Shown: in pieces, positions 18,163 to 27,843 of the stretch
Numbering within the stretch: the first letter of the stretch is position 1
Layout: each line of letters begins with the position of its first letter
DNA from: Campylobacterales bacterium
GTDB taxonomy: Bacteria > Campylobacterota > Campylobacteria > Campylobacterales > QNZT01
Reading direction: 5' to 3'
Assembly: GCA_027068765.1 (NCBI GenBank)
Contig: JAMOMC010000173.1
Span: 2,668 to 66,667 of the forward strand
Length of the DNA: 64,000 bases
Notes under the pieces: generated by a model
Databases searched by the model: none
What the model was told of the DNA's origin: nothing
Seen by the model: only the letters and a program-made list of their open reading frames with translations
Translations under genes and position numbers: made by a program

Positions 18163-19309
18163 GAAGATAGCATTTGTAGCAACAGGATATATAAAAAAGT
18201 ATGATGGTGTTAGTGTTTATACGGAAAATCTTTTAAAAGAGTTTTTAGAGTTAAAAGATATAGATGCGAAAGACAAAATAGATATTTATATAGGAGAGAG
18301 TGTAAGTGGACTTTTGAAAAAACGAGTAGGCTTTGAAAGTGCTAACAATATTCGTTTTATAGAGGTTTCAGATCGTAGCTTTTTTTCAAAAATCATAAGT
18401 TTGCATTTAAAACTTTTTAAAAATGGAAAATACTCTTTAGTATTTACTACAAATTTTATGCCACTTATCTTTATACCATCAAATGTTGTTAAGGTAATTC
18501 ATGATTTGTCTCCAGAAATTTCTCCTCATCTTTATTCAAAGTTTTTTAATTTTTACCATGCCTATTTATTGAAAAGTGCTAAGTTGTTTGATAGTGCTAT
18601 CGCTTATATATCTGATAGTACAAAATTGGATTTAGAGAAATTTTATAAGATAAATGAGAACAATAAAAAGCTCTTATATCTTCCAAATGGTATACCTTTT
18701 AAGGTGCAAAATTATCCAAGACCAGATAAAGAGGTGCTTAAAAAGTATGATTTAGATGAGATTAGCTTTTTGGTAGTAGGGCGTATAAATAGAGCAAAAG
18801 GTTTTGATAGAATTTTAGAATTTTGTAGCTATTTTGATAAATTTTTACAGCAGCAAAGTGAGTTTAAGGGGGCTGTTTTGAATATTGCTGGAAAACAAAC
18901 AATTGAGAGTGAAGAGATTTTTAAAAATGCCGATTTAATAAATATAAAAGTAATTTTTTGTGGTTATTTGGATGATGTAAGCTTAAATGAACTCTATATG
19001 AAATCACAATTTTGTTTTTTTCTCTCTAGAAATGAGGGATATGGTTTACCTTTAGTTGAAGCATTGTGGTTTAGGAGTATTCCTATTCTTTCTGATATTC
19101 AAATTTTTAATGAAATTATGGGAGAAGATTATCCTAAGTTTAATGACAAAATAGGTTATAAAGATACAATAAGTAAATTTATTTTTCAGATATTAAAAGA
19201 TAAAGATTTTTTAAAGTCTATAACTGATAAACTAGAATTAATACTTAAAAAAGAGCAAAATGGCTATAAAAGAGCTGCTAAAAATTTAAATAGATATATA
19301 AGAGATTAA
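18155..19309 (+). CDS. glycosyltransferase family 4 (GT-B)
   Basis: EX7E-type motif RNEGYGLPLVEALWF; 384 aa; 8-nt overlap with the upstream gene. Confidence 0.8.
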   Translation: MSKKIAFVATGYIKKYDGVSVYTENLLKEFLELKDIDAKDKIDIYIGESVSGLLKKRVGFESANNIRFIEVSDRSFFSKIISLHLKLFKNGKYSLVFTTNFMPLIFIPSNVVKVIHDLSPEISPHLYSKFFNFYHAYLLKSAKLFDSAIAYISDSTKLDLEKFYKINENNKKLLYLPNGIPFKVQNYPRPDKEVLKKYDLDEISFLVVGRINRAKGFDRILEFCSYFDKFLQQQSEFKGAVLNIAGKQTIESEEIFKNADLINIKVIFCGYLDDVSLNELYMKSQFCFFLSRNEGYGLPLVEALWFRSIPILSDIQIFNEIMGEDYPKFNDKIGYKDTISKFIFQILKDKDFLKSITDKLELILKKEQNGYKRAAKNLNRYIRD

Positions 19310-19324
19310 AATAAAGGAAAATGG

Positions 19325-20092
19325 TTGTTTAGTAGTGAAGTTTATATATCTGTAGTATCACATGCACAAGAAGATATGATAATTGAAAATTTTAGTAATT
19401 TCCCAAAAACTCTGGGCTCTTTTAATATAAAATTATCTATTATAGATAATACAAGCTCGATTAAATTAAAAGAGTTTTGTAGTAAGTTGGATTTGTTTTA
19501 TTATAGTGATGATAAAACAAGAGGGTTTGGAGCAAATAATAACAAAATGTTTTCACTTTTAAATCCAAAAGATGATGATATTTTTATCGTTTGTAATCCA
19601 GATGTCATTATTCAAAAAGAACAGCTTCAGGGGTTGGTTTATAGTTTTTCTAAAAGTGATTATGATATCTCTACGGTAAAGACATATTTTGATAAAGAGA
19701 GTAATTATGTTGATAATCCAGATAAGTATTTTCCAGGTTTTTTCAACTTTGCTTACTCTTTGGCTACAGATAAAAGACTTCATTATGGGGGTAATGAAAA
19801 TGTAAAAAATCCTCAGTGGATATCTGGAGCTTTTATGATTTTTAAACCTTTAGCATATAGAAGATTAAATGGTTTTGATGAGAGTTATTTTATGTATTGT
19901 GAAGATATGGATTTATGTTTTCGTGCAAATAAATTGAACATGAAGCTTGGATATGATGGAGAGGTTTATATCGAACATAACACACAGATGCAAAGTAGAC
20001 ATCTTTTTTCAGATAGTATGCAGTGGCATATTAAATCAGCTGTAAAGTTTATATATAAAAATAGGTTTTATAACCCTTTGGTAATTAAATAG
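19325..20092 (+). CDS. glycosyltransferase family 2 (rhamnosyltransferase-like)
   Basis: VYISVVSHAQEDMI, NPDVII, and GAFMIFKPLAYRRLNGFDESYFMYCEDMDLCFRA are typical of GT2 WbbL-like enzymes. TTG start. Confidence 0.75.
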   Translation: MFSSEVYISVVSHAQEDMIIENFSNFPKTLGSFNIKLSIIDNTSSIKLKEFCSKLDLFYYSDDKTRGFGANNNKMFSLLNPKDDDIFIVCNPDVIIQKEQLQGLVYSFSKSDYDISTVKTYFDKESNYVDNPDKYFPGFFNFAYSLATDKRLHYGGNENVKNPQWISGAFMIFKPLAYRRLNGFDESYFMYCEDMDLCFRANKLNMKLGYDGEVYIEHNTQMQSRHLFSDSMQWHIKSAVKFIYKNRFYNPLVIK

Positions 20093-20094
20093 TC

Positions 20095-22245
20095 ATGAAT
20101 AAAATAATTTATATATTTTTTACACTTCTTTTGACTCTTAATCTAAATGCAGATAGTTTTAAAATTACCCCAGATACTAAAGTTATAATTACAGATGCAA
20201 CAAAATTAACTAAAAATGCTACTTTAGAGCTTCAAAAATATCTTCAAAAGATTCTTTCTAAACCCATTAAAATTTCCAATAAGCTCAAGAGTGTTGAAAA
20301 CTCAATTATACTAATTATGCAAGATAGTGAAGCTGCTAAAAAACTCTCATTTTATAAAGAGTTAAAAGGTTTAAAACAAGATAGTTTCATTATAAGAAGT
20401 GAAGATAAAAATATCATAATAGCAGGTACAAATCATCGTGCACTTTTTTACGGAGTTTATCACTTTTTAGAGAGATATTTAGGGTGCAAGTTTCTATCTA
20501 AAGATTTTGAGTTTATTCCTAAAAAAGAGTATGTAGTATTGAGTAAAATTGATGATATTCAGAGTCCATATTTTTTATATCGTGAATTTTTTTCTAAAGA
20601 GAGTGATGATACCTCTTTTGCTTTTAAAAGTGCTTTAAATGGTAGGTTTGGACATAGAAATGCTTTAATAAACTCAGATGAGTATTTCCCAAAAGGTATG
20701 AATATATATAATGAGTTTGTCTCTTCTCAACTTATCAAAGATTCTAGTTTTGAGTGCAATGGGCAGTATGATTTTTCTAAAAACAAAGTAGCAAAATTGG
20801 CTTTAAGTTCGATAAATAAAAAATTCCAAACTTTAAAAGTTCAAAAAGATGATTATATCTTATTGGAGCATGAAGATAGAGAGAGTTACTGTGCTAATTC
20901 TCTAAAAAAAGGTGATGTACCAACTTTACCTTTTTTAAAATATAGCTCTTTTATAGCTGAAAATATCTCTGATAAAAAAGTTATCTTTCAAGCTTATCAG
21001 TGGAGTAGATATGCTCCAAAAATTAAAAAACTACCTAAAAATTTATCAATTTTTTTCTCTCCTATTGAGGCAGATTTTTCAAAACCGTTAAGTTCTGATA
21101 ATAATAAAGAGATTTTAGAAGATTTAAAAAATTGGAATAAGTTTGGAAATGATATCTTTATCTGGCATTATGTTACAAATTTTGGCGGTTATTTTCAACC
21201 TTTTCCAAATATCTATGCTTTAGATAAAGATATAAAACTTTTTTCGACACTACAAAATGTAAAAGGTGTTTTCTTACAATCAAGTTATGGAACCTTTGGA
21301 GGAGAATTAGAAGACCTTAGAACTTGGGTATTTGCTAAACTTTTATGGAATCCAAATACAAACATAGATTCTCTCATAAGTGAATTTTGTGATGCATATT
21401 ATGGTAAAGCTTCAAAAGAGGCACAACAATACATCAGAGTTTTACATAAAATTAATCAAAAAACAGGTGATAAGCTTTTAGTTAAAAGCTCTTTAAAAGC
21501 AAGATATCTTAATGAAGATTTTTTATTATATCTTGAAAATATATTAGATGATGGATTAAAAAAACTAGGAGATAATTCACCTTATAAAGAGCATTTTTTA
21601 AAGCTTTTTTCAGGAATTGATTATGTTAGAGTTATGAGAGGTGGAGATACTAAGAGGTTTGAAAAAAGTAGAAATAGATTTAGAGAATTTTTAAATATCA
21701 AAGGTGTAGATAGTTTTGCTGAAAATGGTGATATATCAAATATTAAAGAGATAATAGAGATTAAAAGAGAGATGCCAAAAGCTCCAAAAGAGGTAAAAGG
21801 TTTAACAGAAGGTGTTGATTGGTTTCAGTTTTCTGAGTATGAGTTAAAATTGTGTTGTGTGGATTTAGTAGAGGATAAAAGTAGTAGTGATGGAGTTAGC
21901 GCCAAGATGAGAGGAGAGCTTGGAGATTGGGGATTTCAGCTAGATGTTTTAAATTTTCCAAAAGGTAAATGGAAAATATATGCAAGTGTAAAGGTTGAAT
22001 TTCAAAAAAGTGTAGATTTCACTGATAGTGCAAATATTGCTCTTCATTATGGTATCTATCCTACATTTGTAAAAGGTGTTAAACTTTTTGGTCAATTTGA
22101 AAATAATGTATATCAAAATATACTAATTGGAACAATTGATACATCAGCTTCAAATGCCAAAACAATCTGGCTTAGTCCTTCAAAAAATCCTAAAGTAAAA
22201 TTTATGTATGTTGATAGAATTTTTGTAAAACGAGATAAAAAATAA
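20095..22245 (+). CDS. secreted DUF4838-like protein (putative glycoside hydrolase)
   Basis: 716 aa with signal peptide MNKIIYIFFTLLLTLNLNA. The N-terminal alpha/beta module followed by RALFYGVYHFLERYLGCKFL matches my memory of the conserved DUF4838 N-terminal signature. The C-terminal ~150 aa are beta-rich. Confidence 0.55.
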   Translation: MNKIIYIFFTLLLTLNLNADSFKITPDTKVIITDATKLTKNATLELQKYLQKILSKPIKISNKLKSVENSIILIMQDSEAAKKLSFYKELKGLKQDSFIIRSEDKNIIIAGTNHRALFYGVYHFLERYLGCKFLSKDFEFIPKKEYVVLSKIDDIQSPYFLYREFFSKESDDTSFAFKSALNGRFGHRNALINSDEYFPKGMNIYNEFVSSQLIKDSSFECNGQYDFSKNKVAKLALSSINKKFQTLKVQKDDYILLEHEDRESYCANSLKKGDVPTLPFLKYSSFIAENISDKKVIFQAYQWSRYAPKIKKLPKNLSIFFSPIEADFSKPLSSDNNKEILEDLKNWNKFGNDIFIWHYVTNFGGYFQPFPNIYALDKDIKLFSTLQNVKGVFLQSSYGTFGGELEDLRTWVFAKLLWNPNTNIDSLISEFCDAYYGKASKEAQQYIRVLHKINQKTGDKLLVKSSLKARYLNEDFLLYLENILDDGLKKLGDNSPYKEHFLKLFSGIDYVRVMRGGDTKRFEKSRNRFREFLNIKGVDSFAENGDISNIKEIIEIKREMPKAPKEVKGLTEGVDWFQFSEYELKLCCVDLVEDKSSSDGVSAKMRGELGDWGFQLDVLNFPKGKWKIYASVKVEFQKSVDFTDSANIALHYGIYPTFVKGVKLFGQFENNVYQNILIGTIDTSASNAKTIWLSPSKNPKVKFMYVDRIFVKRDKK

Positions 22246-22258
22246 AAAGGAGTTATAA

Positions 22259-23035
22259 GTGAAAGCATTGATATTAGCAGGTGGATTTGGAACAAGACTT
22301 AGTGAAGAGACAGATTTAAAACCAAAACCGATGGTTGAAATTGGAGGAAAACCTATACTTTGGCATATCATGAAGATATATTCACACTATGGTGTCAATG
22401 ATTTTGTTATACTTCTTGGGTATAAAGGTTATTATATAAAAGAGTATTTTGCTAACTATTTTCTACATCAAAGCAATATCACAATTGATTTGAAAAATAA
22501 CAATATGCAGATACACAACAATAGCAGTGAACCTTGGAGAGTGACTCTTTTAGATACAGGACTTCATACCATGACAGGTGGGAGAATAAAACAGGCAAAA
22601 GATTATATCAAAGATGAGAGTTTTTTATTAACTTATGGGGATGGTGTTAGTGATGTTGATATTGGTGCATCTATAGAGTTTCATAAAAAACATAAAAAAG
22701 CTATAACTATGACTTCTGTGCAGCCAGATAGTAGGTTTGGAAATTTAAATTTAGATGATGGAGATATGGTTTTAAAGTTTGCAGAAAAAGCAAAAGAGGA
22801 TAGCCCTTGGATAAATGCAGGATTTTTTGTTTGTGAGCCAAAAATATTTGATTATATTAGTGATGATCTATCTTGTGTTTTTGAAAAAGAGCCTTTAGAA
22901 AAATTAACAGAAGATAAAGAGCTTTATACTTATAAACATGAGGGTTTTTGGCAATGCATGGATACTTTAAGAGACAACAAGCAGTTAAATGAGATGTGGA
23001 ATGAAGATAGAGCAAAGTGGAAGATATGGAAGTAA
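22259..23035 (+). CDS. rfbF: glucose-1-phosphate cytidylyltransferase
   Basis: MKALILAGGFGTRLSEETDLKPKPMVEIGGKPILWHIMKIYSHYG is the canonical RfbF/DdhA N-terminus. 258 aa; GTG start after AAGGAG. Confidence 0.9.
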   Translation: MKALILAGGFGTRLSEETDLKPKPMVEIGGKPILWHIMKIYSHYGVNDFVILLGYKGYYIKEYFANYFLHQSNITIDLKNNNMQIHNNSSEPWRVTLLDTGLHTMTGGRIKQAKDYIKDESFLLTYGDGVSDVDIGASIEFHKKHKKAITMTSVQPDSRFGNLNLDDGDMVLKFAEKAKEDSPWINAGFFVCEPKIFDYISDDLSCVFEKEPLEKLTEDKELYTYKHEGFWQCMDTLRDNKQLNEMWNEDRAKWKIWK

Positions 23036-24237
23036 AAAGTGATTTTTTAATCATTGGAGCTGGTATAATAGGCTTAAGTATCGCTAGGGAGTTAAAGAGT
23101 AAAAATCCAGATAAAAGTATCACGATTTTAGAGAAAGAGTCTGATGTTGCATATCATAGTAGTGGAAGAAATAGCGGAGTATTACATGCTGGTTTTTATT
23201 ATACAGAGGACTCTTTAAAAGCAAAATTTACAAAAGATGGCAATACTTTTTTAAAAGAGTATTGCAAAAAGAACTCTCTTAAAATCAATGAGTGTGCAAA
23301 AGTAGTTGTAGCAAATGATGAGAGTGAGTTAGCATCTCTTTATGAGTTAGAAAAAAGAGGGCTTAAAAATGGTGTAGATGTTAAAATAATTGATGAAAAA
23401 GAGTTAGAAAAGATTGATGAAAATGCAAAAACTTTTAAGTATGCTCTTTACTCACCTAATACTGCGACAGTAGATCCTATAGAGATATGCATGCATATAA
23501 AAAAAGAGCTAAAGAGAGATGGAGTAGAGTTTTGTTTTGATGAGGGTTATGCTAAAAAGATAGATGCTAATATAGTCTTAAGTACAAAAAATAGAAAGTT
23601 TTACTTTAAAAAGATTATAAATTGTGCAGGACTTTATGCAGATAAAATAGCTAAAGATTTTAATTTTTCACAAGATTTTGTAATCATACCATTTAAAGGA
23701 ATTTATTTAAAATATGGTAAAACCGACAAACCAATAAAGACAAATATCTATCCAGTACCAAATTTAAACAACCCTTTTTTAGGAGTTCACTATACCATAA
23801 CAGTTGATGGAATTATAAAAATTGGTCCAACAGCAATTCCCGCTTTTTGGAGAGAAAATTATAGTGGTTTTGAAAACTTTAATTTTAAAGAGCTTGGTCA
23901 GATTTTAACTAAACAAAGTGGACTTTTTATAAGTAATGCTTTTAATTTTAGAAATCTGGCATTTGATGAGATAAAAAAGTATAATAAAAAATATTTTGTC
24001 TCATTAGCTACTAAAATGGTTAAAAATATAGACAAAGAAGGTTTTGATGAGTGGAGTAAACCAGGCATTAGAGCTCAACTTTTAAACATAAAAACCAAAG
24101 AGCTTTTACAAGATTTTGTAGTTGAGGGTGATGAAAAATCAATTCATGTTTTAAATGCAGTAAGTCCAGCTTTTACAAGTTCATTTCCTTTTTCAAAGTG
24201 GGTTGTAGAAAATTATGTAGGAGAGGTAAGTGAATAA
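23017..24237 (+). CDS. FAD-dependent oxidoreductase, L-2-hydroxyglutarate oxidase (LhgO)-like family
   Basis: Dinucleotide fold DFLIIGAGIIGLSIAREL, and EKESDVAYHSSGRNSGVLHAGFYYTEDSLKAKF, which matches the LhgO-family signature. Overlaps the rfbF stop by 10-19 nt depending on the start. Confidence 0.75.
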   Translation: MEDMEVKSDFLIIGAGIIGLSIARELKSKNPDKSITILEKESDVAYHSSGRNSGVLHAGFYYTEDSLKAKFTKDGNTFLKEYCKKNSLKINECAKVVVANDESELASLYELEKRGLKNGVDVKIIDEKELEKIDENAKTFKYALYSPNTATVDPIEICMHIKKELKRDGVEFCFDEGYAKKIDANIVLSTKNRKFYFKKIINCAGLYADKIAKDFNFSQDFVIIPFKGIYLKYGKTDKPIKTNIYPVPNLNNPFLGVHYTITVDGIIKIGPTAIPAFWRENYSGFENFNFKELGQILTKQSGLFISNAFNFRNLAFDEIKKYNKKYFVSLATKMVKNIDKEGFDEWSKPGIRAQLLNIKTKELLQDFVVEGDEKSIHVLNAVSPAFTSSFPFSKWVVENYVGEVSE

Positions 24238-25144
24238 AGAGCCATTAGTTTCAATAACCATGAATTGTTACAATAGTGATACATATCTTAAAGAAGCGAT
24301 TGATAGTGTGTTTTTACAAACTTATCAAAACTTTGAACTTATTTTTTGGGATAATCAATCAACTGATAATAGTGCTAAAATTATAAAATCCTACAATGAT
24401 GATAGAATAAAATACTTTTATGCACCAACACACACACCACTTGGAGAGGCTAGAAATTTAGCAATTGAAAAAGTTAGTGGAGAGTGGGTTGCAATTTTAG
24501 ATTGTGATGATATTTGGGATAAAGATAAACTAAGAGATGCATTTTTACTCTTAAATAGTTATAAAGAAAAAGATGATGTAACTCTTTTGTACTCTAAAAC
24601 TGTTTATATTGATGAAAATGGAGATATATTTAACTATTTTAAAGAGCATTACAGCGGAAACATTCATGATTTATTGTTAAAAAGAGGCGATTTTGTCTTT
24701 ATTTCATCTGCGATTTTTAGAACTGATAGATTAAATGAAGTTGGCAAAATCGATACTAATTTACACTATGCTGAAGATTATGATATTTTACTAAAAGTTA
24801 CAAAAAATAGACAAGCCCTTTGTGTAGATGCATATCATACATACTATAGAGTACATCAAAAAAATCTCACTAACTCAAATGTTTATGAGTATGATGTTGA
24901 GAATTTTGAGTTTTTAAATGGATATATAAAAAAACATAATTTACCACTAAATCTTAGAGTCCATATATTTTTAAATAACTCAGCTAGAATGACTGCCTCT
25001 GTTGTAAAACTTTTAACTAAAAAGGATTTTAAAAATCTTTGGAAAATTACTAAAGAGTATTGGCAATATCTGCTACTTTCACCTTATTATCTTTTATATT
25101 TCATATTAAAGAGGATTAAAAAATCATTAAGTGAAAAATATTGA
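24230..25144 (+). CDS. glycosyltransferase family 2
   Basis: VSITMNCYNSDTYLKEAIDSVFLQTYQNFELIFWDNQSTDNS and LDCDD (DxD); GTG start overlapping the upstream stop. Confidence 0.85.
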   Translation: MNKEPLVSITMNCYNSDTYLKEAIDSVFLQTYQNFELIFWDNQSTDNSAKIIKSYNDDRIKYFYAPTHTPLGEARNLAIEKVSGEWVAILDCDDIWDKDKLRDAFLLLNSYKEKDDVTLLYSKTVYIDENGDIFNYFKEHYSGNIHDLLLKRGDFVFISSAIFRTDRLNEVGKIDTNLHYAEDYDILLKVTKNRQALCVDAYHTYYRVHQKNLTNSNVYEYDVENFEFLNGYIKKHNLPLNLRVHIFLNNSARMTASVVKLLTKKDFKNLWKITKEYWQYLLLSPYYLLYFILKRIKKSLSEKY

Positions 25145-26388
25145 ATGGCAGGTTGATTAAAAATATTATTATTTTTGTTTTAGGAACAGTATTCAACAAG
25201 GGAATGAATTTTTTTATATTGCCTATTCTTACTTATTATTTGACTAAAGAAGATTATGGAATGATAGGGGTTATTACCTCTGTTTTGACAATATCAACTA
25301 TATACATTGGATTTTTTCCATCAACTTTTCTTATGGTTAAATTTGATAAATTTGGTAAAAAGAAGATGGCTAAGTATATTTCGAATATTTTGATTTTGAT
25401 GACGATAACATTTTTAATAGTTTTAACTCTTCTTTATGGTTTTAAAGATTATATATTTTCCTCATATGAAGATAATGGATATTTGATTATATATATAGCA
25501 TTTTTATCTTTCTTTCATGTCTTTTGGCAGCAACTCTCTACAATAATACAGCTTGAAAAAGATGCTTTAAAGTATGTACTGTTTCAATTTTTTCAAACTA
25601 TTATAACAATTGGATTGATGTTATTACTTATAACTAAATTTTCTTGGGGCTGGGAAGGTAAGTTTTTTGCTGAAGTTTTTGTCTTTTTTATCTCAGCTGG
25701 TTATGCAATGTATTATATGTATAAAAATGGGTATATAGAGTTTGATTTTGATGTATTAAAATTAAAAGAGCTCTTTTCATATCTTTTTCCTCTCTCATTT
25801 TATGTGGTTGGTCTATATATTATGGGTACGGTTGATAAGATATTTTTAGCAAATTTAATAAGTTTAGAAGCTGCTGGTATATATGCAATTGCTATTACTA
25901 TGTCAATTGTTATAAATATGATTTATGATGCAGTTTTAAATGCTTGGAGACCATATTTATTTGAACTCTTAAATAGTGATAGTAAAAATGATAAAATAAT
26001 GGTTGCAAAAATGACATATCTTTTCTCTTGTTTTGTTATTGTTTTTATGCTTTTATATATCTTATTTGTTCCATATCTGTTCTCTTTTATGATAGATGAT
26101 AAGTTTAATGAAGCACTTTTGTATATTCCTATTTTGGTTATAGCTTATAGTTTTGAAGGGCTTAGAAAACCTATAACTGAGCTTTTAAATCATTTAGATA
26201 AGGTAAAAACAGTTGGTTTTATCACGTTTTTGGCAGCTATTTTAAATATAGTTTTAAATATAGTTTTGATAAAAGAGTATGGAATTATAGGAGCTGCGTA
26301 TGCCACTGCTATATCATTTGCATCTTTATATATAGTAACACTCTTTTTTGTTTACAAATATTGTAAACTTCCTTGGTTAATGAGGTAG
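25141..26388 (+). CDS. oligosaccharide flippase (Wzx / polysaccharide biosynthesis protein family)
   Basis: 415 aa, ~12 TM helices, TTG start overlapping the upstream stop. The position and topology are typical of Wzx. Confidence 0.7.
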   Translation: MNGRLIKNIIIFVLGTVFNKGMNFFILPILTYYLTKEDYGMIGVITSVLTISTIYIGFFPSTFLMVKFDKFGKKKMAKYISNILILMTITFLIVLTLLYGFKDYIFSSYEDNGYLIIYIAFLSFFHVFWQQLSTIIQLEKDALKYVLFQFFQTIITIGLMLLLITKFSWGWEGKFFAEVFVFFISAGYAMYYMYKNGYIEFDFDVLKLKELFSYLFPLSFYVVGLYIMGTVDKIFLANLISLEAAGIYAIAITMSIVINMIYDAVLNAWRPYLFELLNSDSKNDKIMVAKMTYLFSCFVIVFMLLYILFVPYLFSFMIDDKFNEALLYIPILVIAYSFEGLRKPITELLNHLDKVKTVGFITFLAAILNIVLNIVLIKEYGIIGAAYATAISFASLYIVTLFFVYKYCKLPWLMR

Positions 26389-26437
26389 TAATCTTTTTAC
26401 AAATTTATCCGATTTAGTATAAAACTAGGGGATATTT

Positions 26438-27718
26438 GTGAAGTTAAAAAGTATATTAGCCATGTTACCGTCATATCCGCATCATATTATGAATGTATTT
26501 AGTGGTACAAATAGTATTAAAGAGTTTAAAGATGTTTTTAAAGCACTTTTTTCAAAAGAAGATATAGTTTGCGGAAGTGAAAATGAGATATATAAAGAGG
26601 TATTAAAAAAGAGTTTAAATCTTAAAAGTGTTTATACATTTGCAAGTGGTAGGATGGGATTTTACTCTATATTAAAAGCTATGAAGATAGGTGAGGGCGA
26701 TGAGATAATCATCGCTTCATATACTTGTGTAGTTGTGCCTAATGCTATTATCTATGCAGGGGCTAAACCCATTTATGCAGATATAAATAGAATTGATTTT
26801 AATGTAGATGTTTTAAAAATTGAAGCTTTGATTAGTGATAAGACAAAAGTGATTTATGCTCAACATACTTTTGGGCAGATGTGTGATGTCAAAGCTATTA
26901 AAAAATTGGCAAAAAAATATAATCTATTAGTCATAGAAGATGTTGCGCTCTCTTTGGGAGCAAAAGATGTAAATGAATATGCTGGAAGTATTGGTGATTT
27001 TGGATATTTTTCTACAGATAGAACAAAGATGATAAATACTAGTGTTGGTGGATTTGTATGTGTTAATAATCAAAAATATTTAGAAAAATTTGAAAAAGAG
27101 TATGAAAAAGTAGAGTATCTAAGCTCCTCGTTTTCCAAAAAATTGGCAAGAACTTTTTTGATTGATTTAGTTTTTATGCATCCAAAGCTCTATTGGCTTG
27201 GTAAATTTACAAATCCAGTTTTTAGAAAATTAGGTGTTGTAAAGTATTTTTTAGATGAAAAAAAACATGATAAATCTTTGATAGTAGAGTATCCATATCC
27301 TGCAAGATTATCAAGTGTTTTAGCAAAAGTTGGTATTTCACAAATTGAAAATTTAGAAGAAAATTTAGCACATAGAAGAAAATTGGCAAAATATTACAAT
27401 AGTATATTTAAAGTATACTCAGATGAGTATATGGATGATTGTAAGAATGTCTTTTTGAGATACTCATTTCTTGTTAAAAATAGAAACTATTGGGAGAAGA
27501 GATTTTCTTCAAAGATTGATTTATCAATTTGGTTTAAAACTATTGTAGTTGGAAAAGATGATGATTTTGAAGATATATATTATAAAGTAGGGGAAAATAA
27601 AGAGTCTGAATTTGTGGCAAAACATATTTTTAACTTTCCAACACATAAAAATATGGAGCCAAAAAGGGTTGAAAAGTTATTGTATGAGCTTAAAAATTCA
27701 GGTGATATTATTTTTTAG
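26438..27718 (+). CDS. DegT/DnrJ/EryC1/StrS-family PLP-dependent sugar aminotransferase
   Basis: GDEIIIASYTCVVVPNAIIYAGAKPIYADI, LLVIEDVALSLGA, and FSTDRTKMINTSVGG, which retains the Schiff-base Lys position. Confidence 0.7.
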   Translation: MKLKSILAMLPSYPHHIMNVFSGTNSIKEFKDVFKALFSKEDIVCGSENEIYKEVLKKSLNLKSVYTFASGRMGFYSILKAMKIGEGDEIIIASYTCVVVPNAIIYAGAKPIYADINRIDFNVDVLKIEALISDKTKVIYAQHTFGQMCDVKAIKKLAKKYNLLVIEDVALSLGAKDVNEYAGSIGDFGYFSTDRTKMINTSVGGFVCVNNQKYLEKFEKEYEKVEYLSSSFSKKLARTFLIDLVFMHPKLYWLGKFTNPVFRKLGVVKYFLDEKKHDKSLIVEYPYPARLSSVLAKVGISQIENLEENLAHRRKLAKYYNSIFKVYSDEYMDDCKNVFLRYSFLVKNRNYWEKRFSSKIDLSIWFKTIVVGKDDDFEDIYYKVGENKESEFVAKHIFNFPTHKNMEPKRVEKLLYELKNSGDIIF

Positions 27719-27806
27719 CTTTTAAAATTACTCCACACTCTAAATGTTTAGTATAGGCAAATTGATCAAAGACTCCAGATTTTAAAGTTATAGGATTATA
27801 AGTGAT
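27708..27806 (-). pseudogene. decayed 3' remnant of a trmA-like tRNA/rRNA (uracil-C5)-methyltransferase gene
   Basis: My translation of the minus strand gives ITYNPITLKSGVFDQFAYTKHLECGVILKAKK*. This resembles the TrmA C-terminus as I recall it (ISCNPETL...LFDQFPYTHHMECGVLL), but with about 15 aa missing between the two blocks and Tyr in place of the catalytic Cys. No upstream coding continuation exists. Confidence 0.45.
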
Positions 27807-27843
27807 AAGATGATTGTAAAATTTATATATTTACAATCATCTT
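27807..27843. repeat. perfect 14-bp-stem inverted repeat at the junction of the two polysaccharide modules
   Basis: AAGATGATTGTAAA (27807-27820), loop atttatata, TTTACAATCATCTT (27830-27843). No T-tract follows on either strand. Confidence 0.8.
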
